In this document: positions 28,570 to 38,321 of the stretch, piece by piece | How positions within the stretch are numbered: the first letter of the stretch is position 1 | How the letters are laid out: each line of letters starts with the position of its first letter | The notes under the pieces: generated by a model | What the model saw: the letters and a program-made list of their open reading frames with translations, nothing else | What the model was told of the DNA's origin: nothing | The model's database searches: none | Source: Actinomycetota bacterium | GTDB taxonomy: Bacteria; Actinomycetota; Acidimicrobiia; Spongiisociales; UBA5794 | Length of the DNA stretch: 64,000 bases | Reading direction: 5' to 3' | NCBI GenBank assembly: GCA_013151445.1 | Contig: JAADIG010000005.1 | Span: forward strand, 30,838 to 94,837 | Program-made: the position numbers and the translations under genes

Positions 28570-28923
28570 TTGCCGTACAATACCGACACCATTCAAGGGA
28601 TGTACATGCCAGAGAACGAGCACATGCAGTCAGCAATGATCTCCGTTGCATCGCCGAGCGACCTCACGCTCCTCGGCCCCGCACCGCAGACCGACGTCGT
28701 CATCGACGAGGATCTGTTGAACGAGACGCTCGACTATATTCGCCCGGCTCTTCAGGCCGATGGCGGCGACATGATTCTCCTCGGAACCGAGGGCGGCCGT
28801 GTGACGCTACAGCTCGTGGGGTCATGCGACGGGTGCTCGCTCGTCTCTATGACCCTGACCGCCGGTATTGAACGGATCCTCATGGATCGTGTCCCCGGTG
28901 TTCTTGAGGTCATTGCTCTCTAG
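28570..28923 (+). CDS. NifU-like (Nfu C-terminal domain) Fe-S cluster protein (start may be a downstream ATG)
   Basis: 'LDYIRPALQADGGDMILLGTEGGRVTLQLVGSCDGCSLVSMTLTAGIERIL' carries the Nfu CxxC motif. Confidence 0.7.
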   Translation: MPYNTDTIQGMYMPENEHMQSAMISVASPSDLTLLGPAPQTDVVIDEDLLNETLDYIRPALQADGGDMILLGTEGGRVTLQLVGSCDGCSLVSMTLTAGIERILMDRVPGVLEVIAL

Positions 28924-28962
28924 TTCCCGCCGCTAGGCAGACCGTCTTGTAGGCTCACCGTC

Positions 28963-29913
28963 ATGCCCATACCGATTGATAGTGCCGTTTTGCTTGCAGC
29001 TGCCCGTCGCGGTGATCGCCGCTCGCTTGCTCGGTTGATCACGGGTGTCGAAGGTTCGGGGGAGAACTCCCGAACGATAATGTCGACGGTGTACGCGGAC
29101 ACGGGTCGTGCCTGGACGACCGGGATGACCGGCTCCCCGGGTGCCGGCAAGTCGACGCTCACGAATCACCTAATCCGCCACGCCCGGGCCACTGGCAACA
29201 CCGTCGGTGTTGTCGCGGTTGACCCGTCGAGTCCCTTCACGGGTGGAGCGATTCTCGGTGACCGGGTGCGGATGCAGGATCACATTGAGGACCCGGGTGT
29301 GTACATTCGGTCGATGGCATCGCGCGGCCAACTCGGGGGGCTTGCCGCCGCGACGTCGCGGGTCGTTATGGTGCTCGACGCTCTCGGGTTTGATGACGTT
29401 CTTGTCGAGACGGTCGGGGTGGGGCAAGCCGAGGTCGACATCGCCTCGAATGTTGATACGACAGTGGTGGTTGTGAACCCGCGCTGGGGTGATGCGGTAC
29501 AGACCGCCAAGGCTGGTCTGCTTGAGATTGGTGACGTTTTCGTCGTCAACAAGGCTGACCGCCCCGGAGTCGACGAGACCGTACGCGACCTCAACGCCAT
29601 GGTAGATCTCGGCGAATCTCAACCCTGGCGACCACCGATCGTGACGTGTGTTGCTCTCACAGGTGACGGCACCTCCGACGTGTGGGATGCGGTCGCAGCG
29701 CATCGAACATTTCTGGAGCGAGGCGCCAAGAACGAGGAGCGGCGCATGCGTAGACGGTCGGAGTTCTACCGCGCCTTGATGAGTCGGTATACCGAGCGGG
29801 CTACACAGCTCATTGCTTCGACTGCGGGACAAACCAAGGGCGACGCGGTCGCCAACCTAGAGCTCGATCCATGGACCGCCGCTGACGAACTCGCTTGGGA
29901 AGTGATTCGATAG
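28963..29913 (+). CDS. meaB: Methylmalonyl-CoA-mutase-associated G-protein chaperone MeaB/ArgK
   Basis: P-loop 'GSPGAGKSTL', 'AVDPSSPFTGGAILGDRVRM', 'VVNKAD'. Confidence 0.9.
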   Translation: MPIPIDSAVLLAAARRGDRRSLARLITGVEGSGENSRTIMSTVYADTGRAWTTGMTGSPGAGKSTLTNHLIRHARATGNTVGVVAVDPSSPFTGGAILGDRVRMQDHIEDPGVYIRSMASRGQLGGLAAATSRVVMVLDALGFDDVLVETVGVGQAEVDIASNVDTTVVVVNPRWGDAVQTAKAGLLEIGDVFVVNKADRPGVDETVRDLNAMVDLGESQPWRPPIVTCVALTGDGTSDVWDAVAAHRTFLERGAKNEERRMRRRSEFYRALMSRYTERATQLIASTAGQTKGDAVANLELDPWTAADELAWEVIR

Positions 29914-29989
29914 ACCCGGGTCCTCGTTCGTTCGACCGGGCCGGTAGTCCGCGGGTACGGATCGCCACTAGATTGGGGGCACAGTCGTC

Positions 29990-30772
29990 TTGCGGAGGTC
30001 ACTCATGAGTCTGGTCCACTACGAAATCATCGGCGCCGTTGCCAAGATAACCCTGGATCGGCCCCCGGTTAATGCCCTTTCCGGCGAGCTTATCGCCGAC
30101 ATCGACGAGGCAATTGCCCGGGCGCAGGCCGACGAGATTCGTGCGGTCGTGATCACTGGCACGAAGCACTTCGCTGCCGGGGCGGACATCAAGAGGTTTG
30201 TCGACGCCTTTGATTCGGATGGGGACGAGCCGATAGCGTCGAACTTGTCGGGTGTTGTGCGTCGTTTGGAACAACTCGAAAAGCCGGTCATTGCAGCCAT
30301 CCAGGGGTATGCCCTTGGTGGGGGTTTCGAACTCGCGATGGGGGCAGACTTCCGCTACGTCGCCGAGTCGGCCAAGGTTGGCCAACCGGAGATCTTGCTC
30401 GGGATTATTCCCGGTGCGGGGGGTACCCAACGCCTGCAACGCCTCGCTGGATACCAGGTCGCTAAGGACCTCAACATGAGTGGGCGCCAAGTCGGTGCCG
30501 AGGAGGCCGTTGCGCTTCACATTGCCGACAAGGTTTGCCGAGACGACGAACTGGTTGATGTAGCGATGAGTGACGCGCAGCGGTGGGCCACCGGGCCGAC
30601 CAAGGCGTACTCTGCGGTGAAACGGGCCATGGGCGACGGGTACGGACGTCCGATTGACGAGGCGATGGCCGTCGAACGTGATGCGTTCGAGGCGGTGTTC
30701 CGCACGGGTGATGCAAAGCTCGGGATTCTTGCGTTTGTCAATAAGGAGAAGCCAGATTTCGGTGGAAGCTGA
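29990..30772 (+). CDS. Enoyl-CoA hydratase/isomerase (crotonase family)
   Basis: 'ITLDRPPVNAL', 'VITGTKHFAAGADI', 'IAAIQGYALGGGFELAMGADFR' oxyanion-hole motifs. Confidence 0.85.
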   Translation: MRRSLMSLVHYEIIGAVAKITLDRPPVNALSGELIADIDEAIARAQADEIRAVVITGTKHFAAGADIKRFVDAFDSDGDEPIASNLSGVVRRLEQLEKPVIAAIQGYALGGGFELAMGADFRYVAESAKVGQPEILLGIIPGAGGTQRLQRLAGYQVAKDLNMSGRQVGAEEAVALHIADKVCRDDELVDVAMSDAQRWATGPTKAYSAVKRAMGDGYGRPIDEAMAVERDAFEAVFRTGDAKLGILAFVNKEKPDFGGS

Positions 30773-30868
30773 GCGGGGGCGCCGTACTTGGACCGCTAGA
30801 ATGGCTAAACGCCGCGAGGGTCGGGGACGGGTTCGCGATTTGTTGGTACGAAACAGGACGGAGTGGGT

Positions 30869-31267
30869 ATGAAGATCGTCGTCGGATTCATCGACAGTCC
30901 CGAGGGCAACGCTGCGATTGACAAAGCAATCGAGGAAGCGATGCTGCGCAACGCAAGTCTCGTCGTTGTCCATTCGAAGCTCGGTGGACGTCACGACAAG
31001 GCCGAGGACTATATCGCGATGAACAACGCGCTTGAGGACCTTGCCCGGAGGCTGGTTAGCGCCGGTGTCGAGCACGAAATCCACGAGTATGTGAGGGGCG
31101 ACAAACCTGCCGAGGACCTCATCCAGGCCGTGGAAGACTACGACGCGGAGCTGATCGTTATTGGTATTCGAGAACGGTCCGCCACCGGAAAAATGCTTCT
31201 CGGGTCGAACGCCCTCGATATCCTCCACTACTCGCCTGTTCCGGTTCTTTGTGTGAAAGCGAAGTAA
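30869..31267 (+). CDS. Universal stress protein (UspA family)
   Basis: 'KIVVGFIDSPEG' and C-terminal 'GSNALDILHYSPVPVLCV' ATP-binding motif. ATG 30869 preceded by GGAGTGGG. A TAGAAT -10 candidate sits at 30797-30802. Confidence 0.8.
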   Translation: MKIVVGFIDSPEGNAAIDKAIEEAMLRNASLVVVHSKLGGRHDKAEDYIAMNNALEDLARRLVSAGVEHEIHEYVRGDKPAEDLIQAVEDYDAELIVIGIRERSATGKMLLGSNALDILHYSPVPVLCVKAK

Positions 31268-31294
31268 CGACCCGGCTGACCCGAGGGGCCGGGG

Positions 31295-32326
31295 TCACGG
31301 GGCGGCTTTGCGACTCGCCCGCAGTTGATTGAGTCGCAAGCCAAGCGCACGGATCACTCCCTGCGGAAACGCGAGGAACAGCACGATGAGCAGAATCCCA
31401 TCAGCGATAAGGCGTAGCTGGCTATACGACGCGAGAACTTCGCCGAGGTAGGTAAACACGGCGGCTCCGACCACGGGACCCAGTACCGTCCCGATGCCAC
31501 CGAATACCAGCATGACGAGCGCGGGGACGTCAACGTGGACGAACGTAAACGTGGCGGGGCTGATGAATCCTTCGACGTGGGCCCACAGCGCACCAGCGAA
31601 CCCGAGCATCCCGCCCCCGATTGCCCCGGCGTAGATGCGGTACCTTGCGACGTTGATTCCCGTGAGTTCGGCGGCGATTTCGTCGTCCCTGAGCGCCCGA
31701 AACGCCCAACCTATGTGCGATCGGTGCAGCAGCACATACCCAATGAGATAGATCAGGACGAGGATCAGAAACACGTAGTACGGGGGGATCTGGTTGCGGA
31801 GGAAAGTATCCGAGCCGGCATCGACCACGATTCCTGTCTCACCGCCGGTGAGACCCCGCTGACCGAGCAGCAGATTGTCGAACGCCAGCGAGAACGTCAG
31901 CGTGATGATCCCGGTGAAAATGATTCCCAGGGATCGTCGTACCGCGATCCAGCTGAACGCACCACCGATGAACATCGATAATCCGCTTGCCAGCACCATC
32001 GTGAGCGGGAATGGCACACCGAGGCGGTCGCTGATGATGGCCGACGTGTAGGCACCGACGCCGGCAAGGGCGCCGACAGCAAGGAAGAGTTGATTGGTGC
32101 TTCCAAAGATCAGGTTGAACGCGATCGCATACGAAGCAAAGAGCAGACCGGTGATGGCGACACCCATGAGGGTTCGAGAGCCACCGATCCAAATTGGCAC
32201 AAGGGCGAGGGCCAGGCCGGCAGCGGCGATCGCGAGAAAGGTTCGTCGACTGGATTCCCTGCTGATCGTCCCCGGTGGTGGGTGGTTCGCGGACTGTTCG
32301 CTCACTGGACGTTCGTCGGCCGTCAT
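31295..32326 (-). CDS. livM: Branched-chain amino-acid-type ABC importer permease (LivM family)
   Basis: LivM-like polytopic permease. Last gene of a 5-gene importer operon. Confidence 0.8.
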   Translation of the reverse strand: MTADERPVSEQSANHPPPGTISRESSRRTFLAIAAAGLALALVPIWIGGSRTLMGVAITGLLFASYAIAFNLIFGSTNQLFLAVGALAGVGAYTSAIISDRLGVPFPLTMVLASGLSMFIGGAFSWIAVRRSLGIIFTGIITLTFSLAFDNLLLGQRGLTGGETGIVVDAGSDTFLRNQIPPYYVFLILVLIYLIGYVLLHRSHIGWAFRALRDDEIAAELTGINVARYRIYAGAIGGGMLGFAGALWAHVEGFISPATFTFVHVDVPALVMLVFGGIGTVLGPVVGAAVFTYLGEVLASYSQLRLIADGILLIVLFLAFPQGVIRALGLRLNQLRASRKAAP

Positions 32327-33180
32327 GCCTTCGCTCCGAACAGTCCCGACGGGCGCACCACGATGGTGAGCGCGGCGGCCGCCAGCAGGATGATCGTCGT
32401 GACGTAGGAGCCGATGTAGAACGAACTCATGGCATTGACCACTCCCAAGATGAGACCGGCGAGGAACGCCCCGCGGATGCTACCGAGGCCTCCGACGACG
32501 GTGACCAGCAGTGCGGTGATCGTGAAGTCGAACCCGGCGCTAATCGGCACCGGGCTGGTCATTGCCTGGGTGGTGGCGAAGAGGCCCGCAAGTACGCCGC
32601 TCAACGCAAAGATCAATGTGCGCACTGCTGCCGGGTTCACACCGCACAGCCGTGCACCGACCTCGTCTTGGATTACCGACCGCGCCGCCTTACCGGTTGT
32701 CGTGGTGCGGAAAAAGAAGATCAACGCACCGCCAGCCAGGAGCGTTATCGCCGAGGCAAGCAGGCTCCCGGCCCGCATTCTCACACCCAATATGGAGACC
32801 GGGTCCCAATCGATGTTGAGACTCAGGGCCTCGATGGGGTACCGCCAGACGAGAAATCCGTCGATGATGAAAGCAACACCGATTGTCAGGAGCAGACTGA
32901 GGAGCACACGGTCTTCGTCGTCGCGTTTGTAGACGGGTTTGAGGATCGTAAAGTTGAGCAGGAGGGCGATCGCGACCGCTGCGGAGATGCCAGCTAGCAC
33001 CGCCGGTCCAGTTGCCAGCCCCGACCGCATCGTGATCGACATCACGATTGCCGCAACAACAGCTAACTGCCCGTACGCAAGGTTGAGGACGCCGCCGATC
33101 CCGTACACGACCGTCAGTCCGACACCGAGGAGCCCGAATTGGAGTCCGAGCACTATGCCGTCGAGGATCACCGCTGTCAT
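32323..33180 (-). CDS. livH: Branched-chain amino-acid-type ABC importer permease (LivH family)
   Basis: LivH-like N-terminus 'ILDGIVLGLQFGLLGVGLTVVYG'. 4-nt overlaps on both sides. Confidence 0.8.
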   Translation of the reverse strand: MTAVILDGIVLGLQFGLLGVGLTVVYGIGGVLNLAYGQLAVVAAIVMSITMRSGLATGPAVLAGISAAVAIALLLNFTILKPVYKRDDEDRVLLSLLLTIGVAFIIDGFLVWRYPIEALSLNIDWDPVSILGVRMRAGSLLASAITLLAGGALIFFFRTTTTGKAARSVIQDEVGARLCGVNPAAVRTLIFALSGVLAGLFATTQAMTSPVPISAGFDFTITALLVTVVGGLGSIRGAFLAGLILGVVNAMSSFYIGSYVTTIILLAAAALTIVVRPSGLFGAKA

Positions 33181-33875
33181 ACAACCCCCAGGTAGGCGCG
33201 TTGGACAGTGGGGTTCCCTCGTAGGTCGCTTGCCAGACCTTCGAGCTGTATCTCACCGTTCTCCAATACATACCCTCGGTCGGCGATACCAAGGACCAGG
33301 GGGACCTGCTGTTCGGCGACGAGAATCGTCATGCCCTGTCCGCGGAGCGCGGCGAGGGACTCGTAGGCTTGGGCGGCGAGTCTCGGGGCAAGCCCCGTCG
33401 TTGGTTCGTCGAGGATGAGAAGTTGCGGGTTTGCCATCAACGCCCGGCCAACGGCGAGCATTTGCTGTTCCCCGCCGCTCATCGTTCCCGCTGCCTGATG
33501 GCGTCTCTCGGCGAGCCGGGGAAAGAGGTCGAGTACCAACGCATGCTGATCTGGGTCGGGACGATGCGGAAAGGCACCAAGTGCGAGGTTCTCTGCGACA
33601 GTCATTTCCGGGAAAAGGTGTCGTTGTGCAGGTACAAACGCGATGCCAGATCGGGCGATCTCATGGACCGCCAGGTTCGTGATCGATGTGCCCGCATATT
33701 GAACGTTACCGGAGGACACCGGTAGAAGGCCACAGATCGCCCTGAGGAGGGTGGTCTTGCCGGCCCCGTTCGATCCGATAATCGCAACTGCTTCGCCCTC
33801 TCGTACGTTGACCGACACATCCAGGACGACGGCCTTGGCGTCATATCCCGCCGACAGGTTTGACACCTCAAGCAT
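33177..33875 (-). CDS. livF: ABC transporter ATP-binding protein (LivF family)
   Basis: 'GSNGAGKTTLLRAI', 'MSGGEQQMLAVGRAL', 'LLILDEPTTGLAP'. Confidence 0.85.
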   Translation of the reverse strand: MLEVSNLSAGYDAKAVVLDVSVNVREGEAVAIIGSNGAGKTTLLRAICGLLPVSSGNVQYAGTSITNLAVHEIARSGIAFVPAQRHLFPEMTVAENLALGAFPHRPDPDQHALVLDLFPRLAERRHQAAGTMSGGEQQMLAVGRALMANPQLLILDEPTTGLAPRLAAQAYESLAALRGQGMTILVAEQQVPLVLGIADRGYVLENGEIQLEGLASDLRGNPTVQRAYLGVV

Positions 33876-34611
33876 TCTTGTGCGCTTCCTTGCCGAGGTA
33901 TGCCTCGATCACGGCCGCATCGCGCATCACTACTTCGGGCTCACCGTCGGCGAGCAGTCTTCCGAAGTCCAGGACGGCGATCCGCTCCGCAAGGCTCATC
34001 ACCGCCTTCATCACATGTTCCACCCAGATGACGGTCACACCGAAGCGATCGCGGGCGGTACGGATCATGTCGATGGAGGAGTGTGTCTCCGTATCGTTCA
34101 GACCGGCCATAACCTCGTCGAGGAGGAGTAGTCGCGGTCGACCGGCGAGCGCACGAGCGAGGTCGACATACCGTTGCTCGTGGAGGTTCAACTCGTCGAT
34201 TGCACAACCGGCCTTGCCGATGAGGCCCACAAACTCCAACATCGTGCTCGCCTCAGCGAAGGCTTCGGCCTCTGGTTTTCGTTCGGTTCTGTTGCCAAAC
34301 ATGGCACCCACCATGACGTTCTCGTGAACGGTGAGTGAATGGAACACCCTCGGGGTTTGTAGAACCATTGCGACACCCATCTGGCGGATCCGATGTGTCG
34401 ACAGGCGCGTGATGTCGGTGTCTTCCCATGTGATCGAACCGCTGGTTGGCTGCAACAGTCCGCTGATCGACTTGAGCAGTGTGCTCTTGCCCGCACCGTT
34501 GGGGCCGACGATGGCGAGAATCTCACCATCGTCGACCCGAAACGTCACTCCATCGAGGGCCGGGAGGCCACCGAAGTGTTTGTGTAGGTCGTCGAGTTCA
34601 AGCAGTGCCAC
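33868..34611 (-). CDS. livG: ABC transporter ATP-binding protein (LivG family)
   Basis: 'GPNGAGKSTLLKSI' and 'LLLLDEVMAGLN' with the LivG-type insert. Confidence 0.85.
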   Translation of the reverse strand: MALLELDDLHKHFGGLPALDGVTFRVDDGEILAIVGPNGAGKSTLLKSISGLLQPTSGSITWEDTDITRLSTHRIRQMGVAMVLQTPRVFHSLTVHENVMVGAMFGNRTERKPEAEAFAEASTMLEFVGLIGKAGCAIDELNLHEQRYVDLARALAGRPRLLLLDEVMAGLNDTETHSSIDMIRTARDRFGVTVIWVEHVMKAVMSLAERIAVLDFGRLLADGEPEVVMRDAAVIEAYLGKEAHKNA

Positions 34612-34619
34612 CCGCTTTA

Positions 34620-35864
34620 CTATGGCACATACGGGGTGAGCGGATCTGACAAGAGCAGCAGTTCCGGATACCAGTTCGCACCCGGATTCACCCCGTCGGG
34701 TGGTTCTTGTTCACGGATCACCACGAACGTGACCTGGGCGGCGGCTAGCTCACCCCATTCGGTCCACTGCAAGGGGAACGAGTAGCCGGGAATGTCAAAC
34801 GTATTGGCGTGCAGGTACTTTGCGACCTCTACCGGGTCGTCGCCGACGGCGCCAACTGCCTCGGCCACCGCTTGCACGATTCCGTACCCTGCAACTGCGT
34901 CATCCTCCATGAACGTGTTCTCGGAGAACGCCAGGTAACGACGAGCGAGATCCTGGTACTCGGCGCTGTCATAGTTCACACAAGCAAAGTCGGCGTAGCG
35001 ATCAAAGGCCTGGTCGCCAACAGCACCGACGATCAGTCCCAAGGGGTTCCACGAACCCGTCACCGGGACATCCATCCCGAAGTCATCGGACTGCTTTGTG
35101 ATCGACACGCCTCCTGGTGGGTGGCCGGTCGCCACGATGATTTGTGCACCAAAGTCCTGGAGTCGTCGCAGATACGCCGCAAAGTCCTTCTCCGGCACCG
35201 GGGCTACCTCGATTTGGAGTTCGACACCGTCGACGCCGGCGAATTCGGTTTCCAGAGCGGACTTCACTGCCTGTCCCCAGGCATAGTCAGCAACGATGGC
35301 GCCTACCTTGGTGACCCCGGTGGCGGCCACATACTGTGCGACTGGACCGGCGATCATAGGTGCTGCGGGAAGACAAGTGCGGAACGTGTACCGGCTATCC
35401 GTCGTGAGGATGGCATCAGAACCGGCCTTGACGAGGAAGAGCGGTACCTTGAGCTCTTCCGCTAGGCGCGATGTCGAGAGTCCGACATCGCTCGAGATTG
35501 TGCCACCGATGGCCACGACCCCGTCTTCTACGAGGCGCTCAAAACCACTCGCACCCTCTTCCGGGTTCGACTGGTCGTCGCGCTCGATGAGTTCGATCAT
35601 GCGGCCGTCGACGCCGCCGGCTGCATTAATTTCCTCAACCGCGAGCCGCATTCCGTCGCGGGCCGATACACCCCAAGGGGCGAATGTGGCGGTCAGCGAT
35701 GTGAGTAGCCCAATTTTGATGGGACCAGTATCCGCTGTTGTTGCAGTCGGTGCCTCTGTACTGCCGGCAGTTGTGTTGGTGGTTTCGTTTCCTGCACTGC
35801 ATGCGCTGACGACGAGTGCTAGTGCCAGGGTAAAGCTCAGTGTCTTGAGCCAGGAACGTTTCAT
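34620..35864 (-). CDS. ABC importer periplasmic substrate-binding lipoprotein (Leu/Ile/Val-binding-protein family, type I PBP)
   Basis: Lipobox 'ALVVSACSAG'. 'IKIGLLTSLTATFAPWGVSARDGMRLAVEEINAAGGVDGR' is typical of the LivJ/LivK family. The ligand may be an organic acid rather than an amino acid. Confidence 0.75.
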   Translation of the reverse strand: MKRSWLKTLSFTLALALVVSACSAGNETTNTTAGSTEAPTATTADTGPIKIGLLTSLTATFAPWGVSARDGMRLAVEEINAAGGVDGRMIELIERDDQSNPEEGASGFERLVEDGVVAIGGTISSDVGLSTSRLAEELKVPLFLVKAGSDAILTTDSRYTFRTCLPAAPMIAGPVAQYVAATGVTKVGAIVADYAWGQAVKSALETEFAGVDGVELQIEVAPVPEKDFAAYLRRLQDFGAQIIVATGHPPGGVSITKQSDDFGMDVPVTGSWNPLGLIVGAVGDQAFDRYADFACVNYDSAEYQDLARRYLAFSENTFMEDDAVAGYGIVQAVAEAVGAVGDDPVEVAKYLHANTFDIPGYSFPLQWTEWGELAAAQVTFVVIREQEPPDGVNPGANWYPELLLLSDPLTPYVP

Positions 35865-36018
35865 AGTCTTGCCCTCCTGTACCTCGATGGACGCTTAGCG
35901 ACGAAACCACGAGGCCCCGCCGGATCCCCAACCTACCGGTGAAACGGAGGTCGGGGGCACAGCCACCATAGCAATCAACATTGAGCGATGTAGGGGGACA
36001 ATTACCGTCGGCACCCGC

Positions 36019-37596
36019 CTAGGGCAGTAGCGTCCGCAGTTTGAATCGCTGAATCTTGCCCGTCGCGGTCTTCGGCAGGTCGTCCACAAATTCGATCCAA
36101 CGGGGATACTTGTATGGGGCAAGACCCTTCTTGCACAACGTCCGAAGTTCGTTCTCCAGGTCCTCGTTTGCTGCTGCTGGATCGGTGAGGACGACAATCG
36201 CCGACGGTTTCAGCAGACCAGCATCGTCGAGGCGACCGACAATTGCGGCCTCCAGAACGAGGGGATGTTCCATGAGCTTCGCCTCGATCTCGAACGGCGA
36301 TGTCCAGATCCCGCCGACCTTCATCATGTCGTCACTGCGACCCTGGTAGTAGTAGTACCCACTCTCGTCGCTGACGTAGGTGTCGCCGGTGTCGAGCCAA
36401 TCGTCACCGTACATCGTCGCTTCGGTCTTCTCCGGGTTGTTCCAGTAGGCCCGGGCCGCCGATTGGCCGCGAACCAGCAGACGACCCGCCGTACCAGTCG
36501 ACACCTCATTTCCGCTTTCGTCGACGATGCGAGCCTCGTAGCCGGGAACCGGTTTCCCCGTGGCCCCGGGACGGATGTCGTCTGGCAGGTTGGAGATAAA
36601 GATGTGGAGAAGTTCTGTTGAGCCAATCCCATCAAGAATGTCGAGGCCGGTGCGTTCCTTCCAGCGGTGCAGAATGTCAGGGGGGAGCGCCTCGCCGGCG
36701 GAGACGCACTGCCTCACGGAGGACATGTCGGGGTTCAGCCCGTCGTATCCGGCGAGCTGGGCGGCGTAGAGGGTGGGGACTCCGAAGTAGAGCGTCGGTC
36801 GGAACCGGTCAATGACATCGAACGTGGTCTCCGGTGTCGGGCGACCGTCGAACAGAACGGCAGTGCCACCCACCCAGAGGGGAAACGTCATGCCATTCCC
36901 GAGACCGTAGGCAAAAAACAGCTTGGCCGCCGAGAAGAAGACATCCTCGTTGGTCACACCCAGAGTTTCGATACCGTAGCGCTGTGATGTCACCACCATG
37001 TCGCGGTGGAGATGGATCGTTCCTTTGGGATTCCCTGTCGATCCGGATGAGTACAGCCAGAAGCAGTCATCGAGAGCCGTACTGGGTGCGGGCTCAAGTT
37101 CGGGAGATGCCGCGTTGAGAAGTGACCGTAGTGTCTTCCCGTCGCCCTCGGTAGGAATCCGATGGGCGGGGCCGGGTGCCACCGCCTCCAATGCCGGGAG
37201 AATCTCGCTGTCATATTCGGGCGACCAAACCACGGCCGCCGCCGCTGAGTCCGCAATGACGAACTCGTAGTCCTTCGAACGCAGGAGCGTATTGAGCGGT
37301 ACTGGGATAAACCCAGCCTTGATCGCTCCCCAGAACACATAGACAAACCAAGGGTCGTCCTTGACCACCATGAGCACTCGGTCACCCGGGGTGAGCCCCA
37401 GGTCTTTGAGTACGTTGCCGGCCCTGTTCACACCTTGGACGAGCTCTCGGTATGTGACCTCTTCTCCCCGGGTAGTCCGTATGGCGACCTTGTCGGCGCG
37501 TCCCTCGGTGATGTGCCGGTCGATGAACGGCACGGCAACGTTGAAGGTTGGGGCGAAGGTCAGATCCTCCGCTGTCACAGCCACGGTGTGCTCCAT
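36019..37596 (-). CDS. AMP-dependent aryl/acyl-CoA ligase (benzoate/4-hydroxybenzoate-CoA ligase-like)
   Basis: AMP-binding motifs 'LYSSGSTGNPKG', 'GYGITE'-like 'GIGSTELLHI', 'YWNNPEKT' and C-terminal 'LPKTATGKIQR'. Confidence 0.85.
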   Translation of the reverse strand: MEHTVAVTAEDLTFAPTFNVAVPFIDRHITEGRADKVAIRTTRGEEVTYRELVQGVNRAGNVLKDLGLTPGDRVLMVVKDDPWFVYVFWGAIKAGFIPVPLNTLLRSKDYEFVIADSAAAAVVWSPEYDSEILPALEAVAPGPAHRIPTEGDGKTLRSLLNAASPELEPAPSTALDDCFWLYSSGSTGNPKGTIHLHRDMVVTSQRYGIETLGVTNEDVFFSAAKLFFAYGLGNGMTFPLWVGGTAVLFDGRPTPETTFDVIDRFRPTLYFGVPTLYAAQLAGYDGLNPDMSSVRQCVSAGEALPPDILHRWKERTGLDILDGIGSTELLHIFISNLPDDIRPGATGKPVPGYEARIVDESGNEVSTGTAGRLLVRGQSAARAYWNNPEKTEATMYGDDWLDTGDTYVSDESGYYYYQGRSDDMMKVGGIWTSPFEIEAKLMEHPLVLEAAIVGRLDDAGLLKPSAIVVLTDPAAANEDLENELRTLCKKGLAPYKYPRWIEFVDDLPKTATGKIQRFKLRTLLP

Positions 37597-37745
37597 CAGG
37601 ACTCCTGTCTCTCAACGCCTTACACAGGTGGGTTCAACCGCCACCGTAGCAGTACGTCCGCATGGTGGTTGCTTGAGCGCCGGTCCAGATCCGTTCCGGT
37701 ACACGACGCACCCGAGAGCAGCATCGCAGCGGGTCCGCCGAGGTG

Positions 37746-38210
37746 TCAGGCGGGCAGGGTCCCGTGGTTCGTCGCGATCTGGGTTTCGAGATCTCGCAGG
37801 TTGCGTTCCCAGATTCGAGTAATGATCGGACGCGCAAGGAGCTCCCCCAGGCGACCACCGAGGCGGTGGGCCAGCCCGATCGACTCTTGCCACGTCACGG
37901 TTGTGAGTGACGGACCCATCTCGTCGAGCATGAAGGTGCCGGTTCCCGAGACGACCCCGGAATGCCGAACCGCAAGGTCGCTTGGTTCGTTCCATGCTGT
38001 GAACTCGATGCGGTCGGTTGTGGCAAACGGACCGACTCGCGTCGGGACATCGACGATCGTGCCGACACCGGTGTGTTGGCTCGTCATGAACTCGATCGAC
38101 GTGGCCTCTTTCATCCACGACGCATGCGAGGCAATGTCGGCGAGGCGTTCCCAAACGACCTGTCGCGGGAAGGCCATAGAACGAACGACGGTGATGGTGG
38201 TTGGCATCAT
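37746..38210 (-). CDS. SRPBCC (Bet v1-like / polyketide-cyclase-like) family protein
   Basis: ~150 aa; 'ITVVRSMAFPRQVVWERLADIASHASWM' is a typical SRPBCC N-terminus. Confidence 0.6.
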   Translation of the reverse strand: MMPTTITVVRSMAFPRQVVWERLADIASHASWMKEATSIEFMTSQHTGVGTIVDVPTRVGPFATTDRIEFTAWNEPSDLAVRHSGVVSGTGTFMLDEMGPSLTTVTWQESIGLAHRLGGRLGELLARPIITRIWERNLRDLETQIATNHGTLPA

Positions 38211-38321
38211 GTCAGTTTATGCGGGGTGGGTGTTTAGCGGAGGTTCAGAGGGTTCCCGGGATGGATTCATGTTGGGAACCCGCGGACTCCGCAGTCGATT
38301 CTGCGCACTACTATTTTCGCC

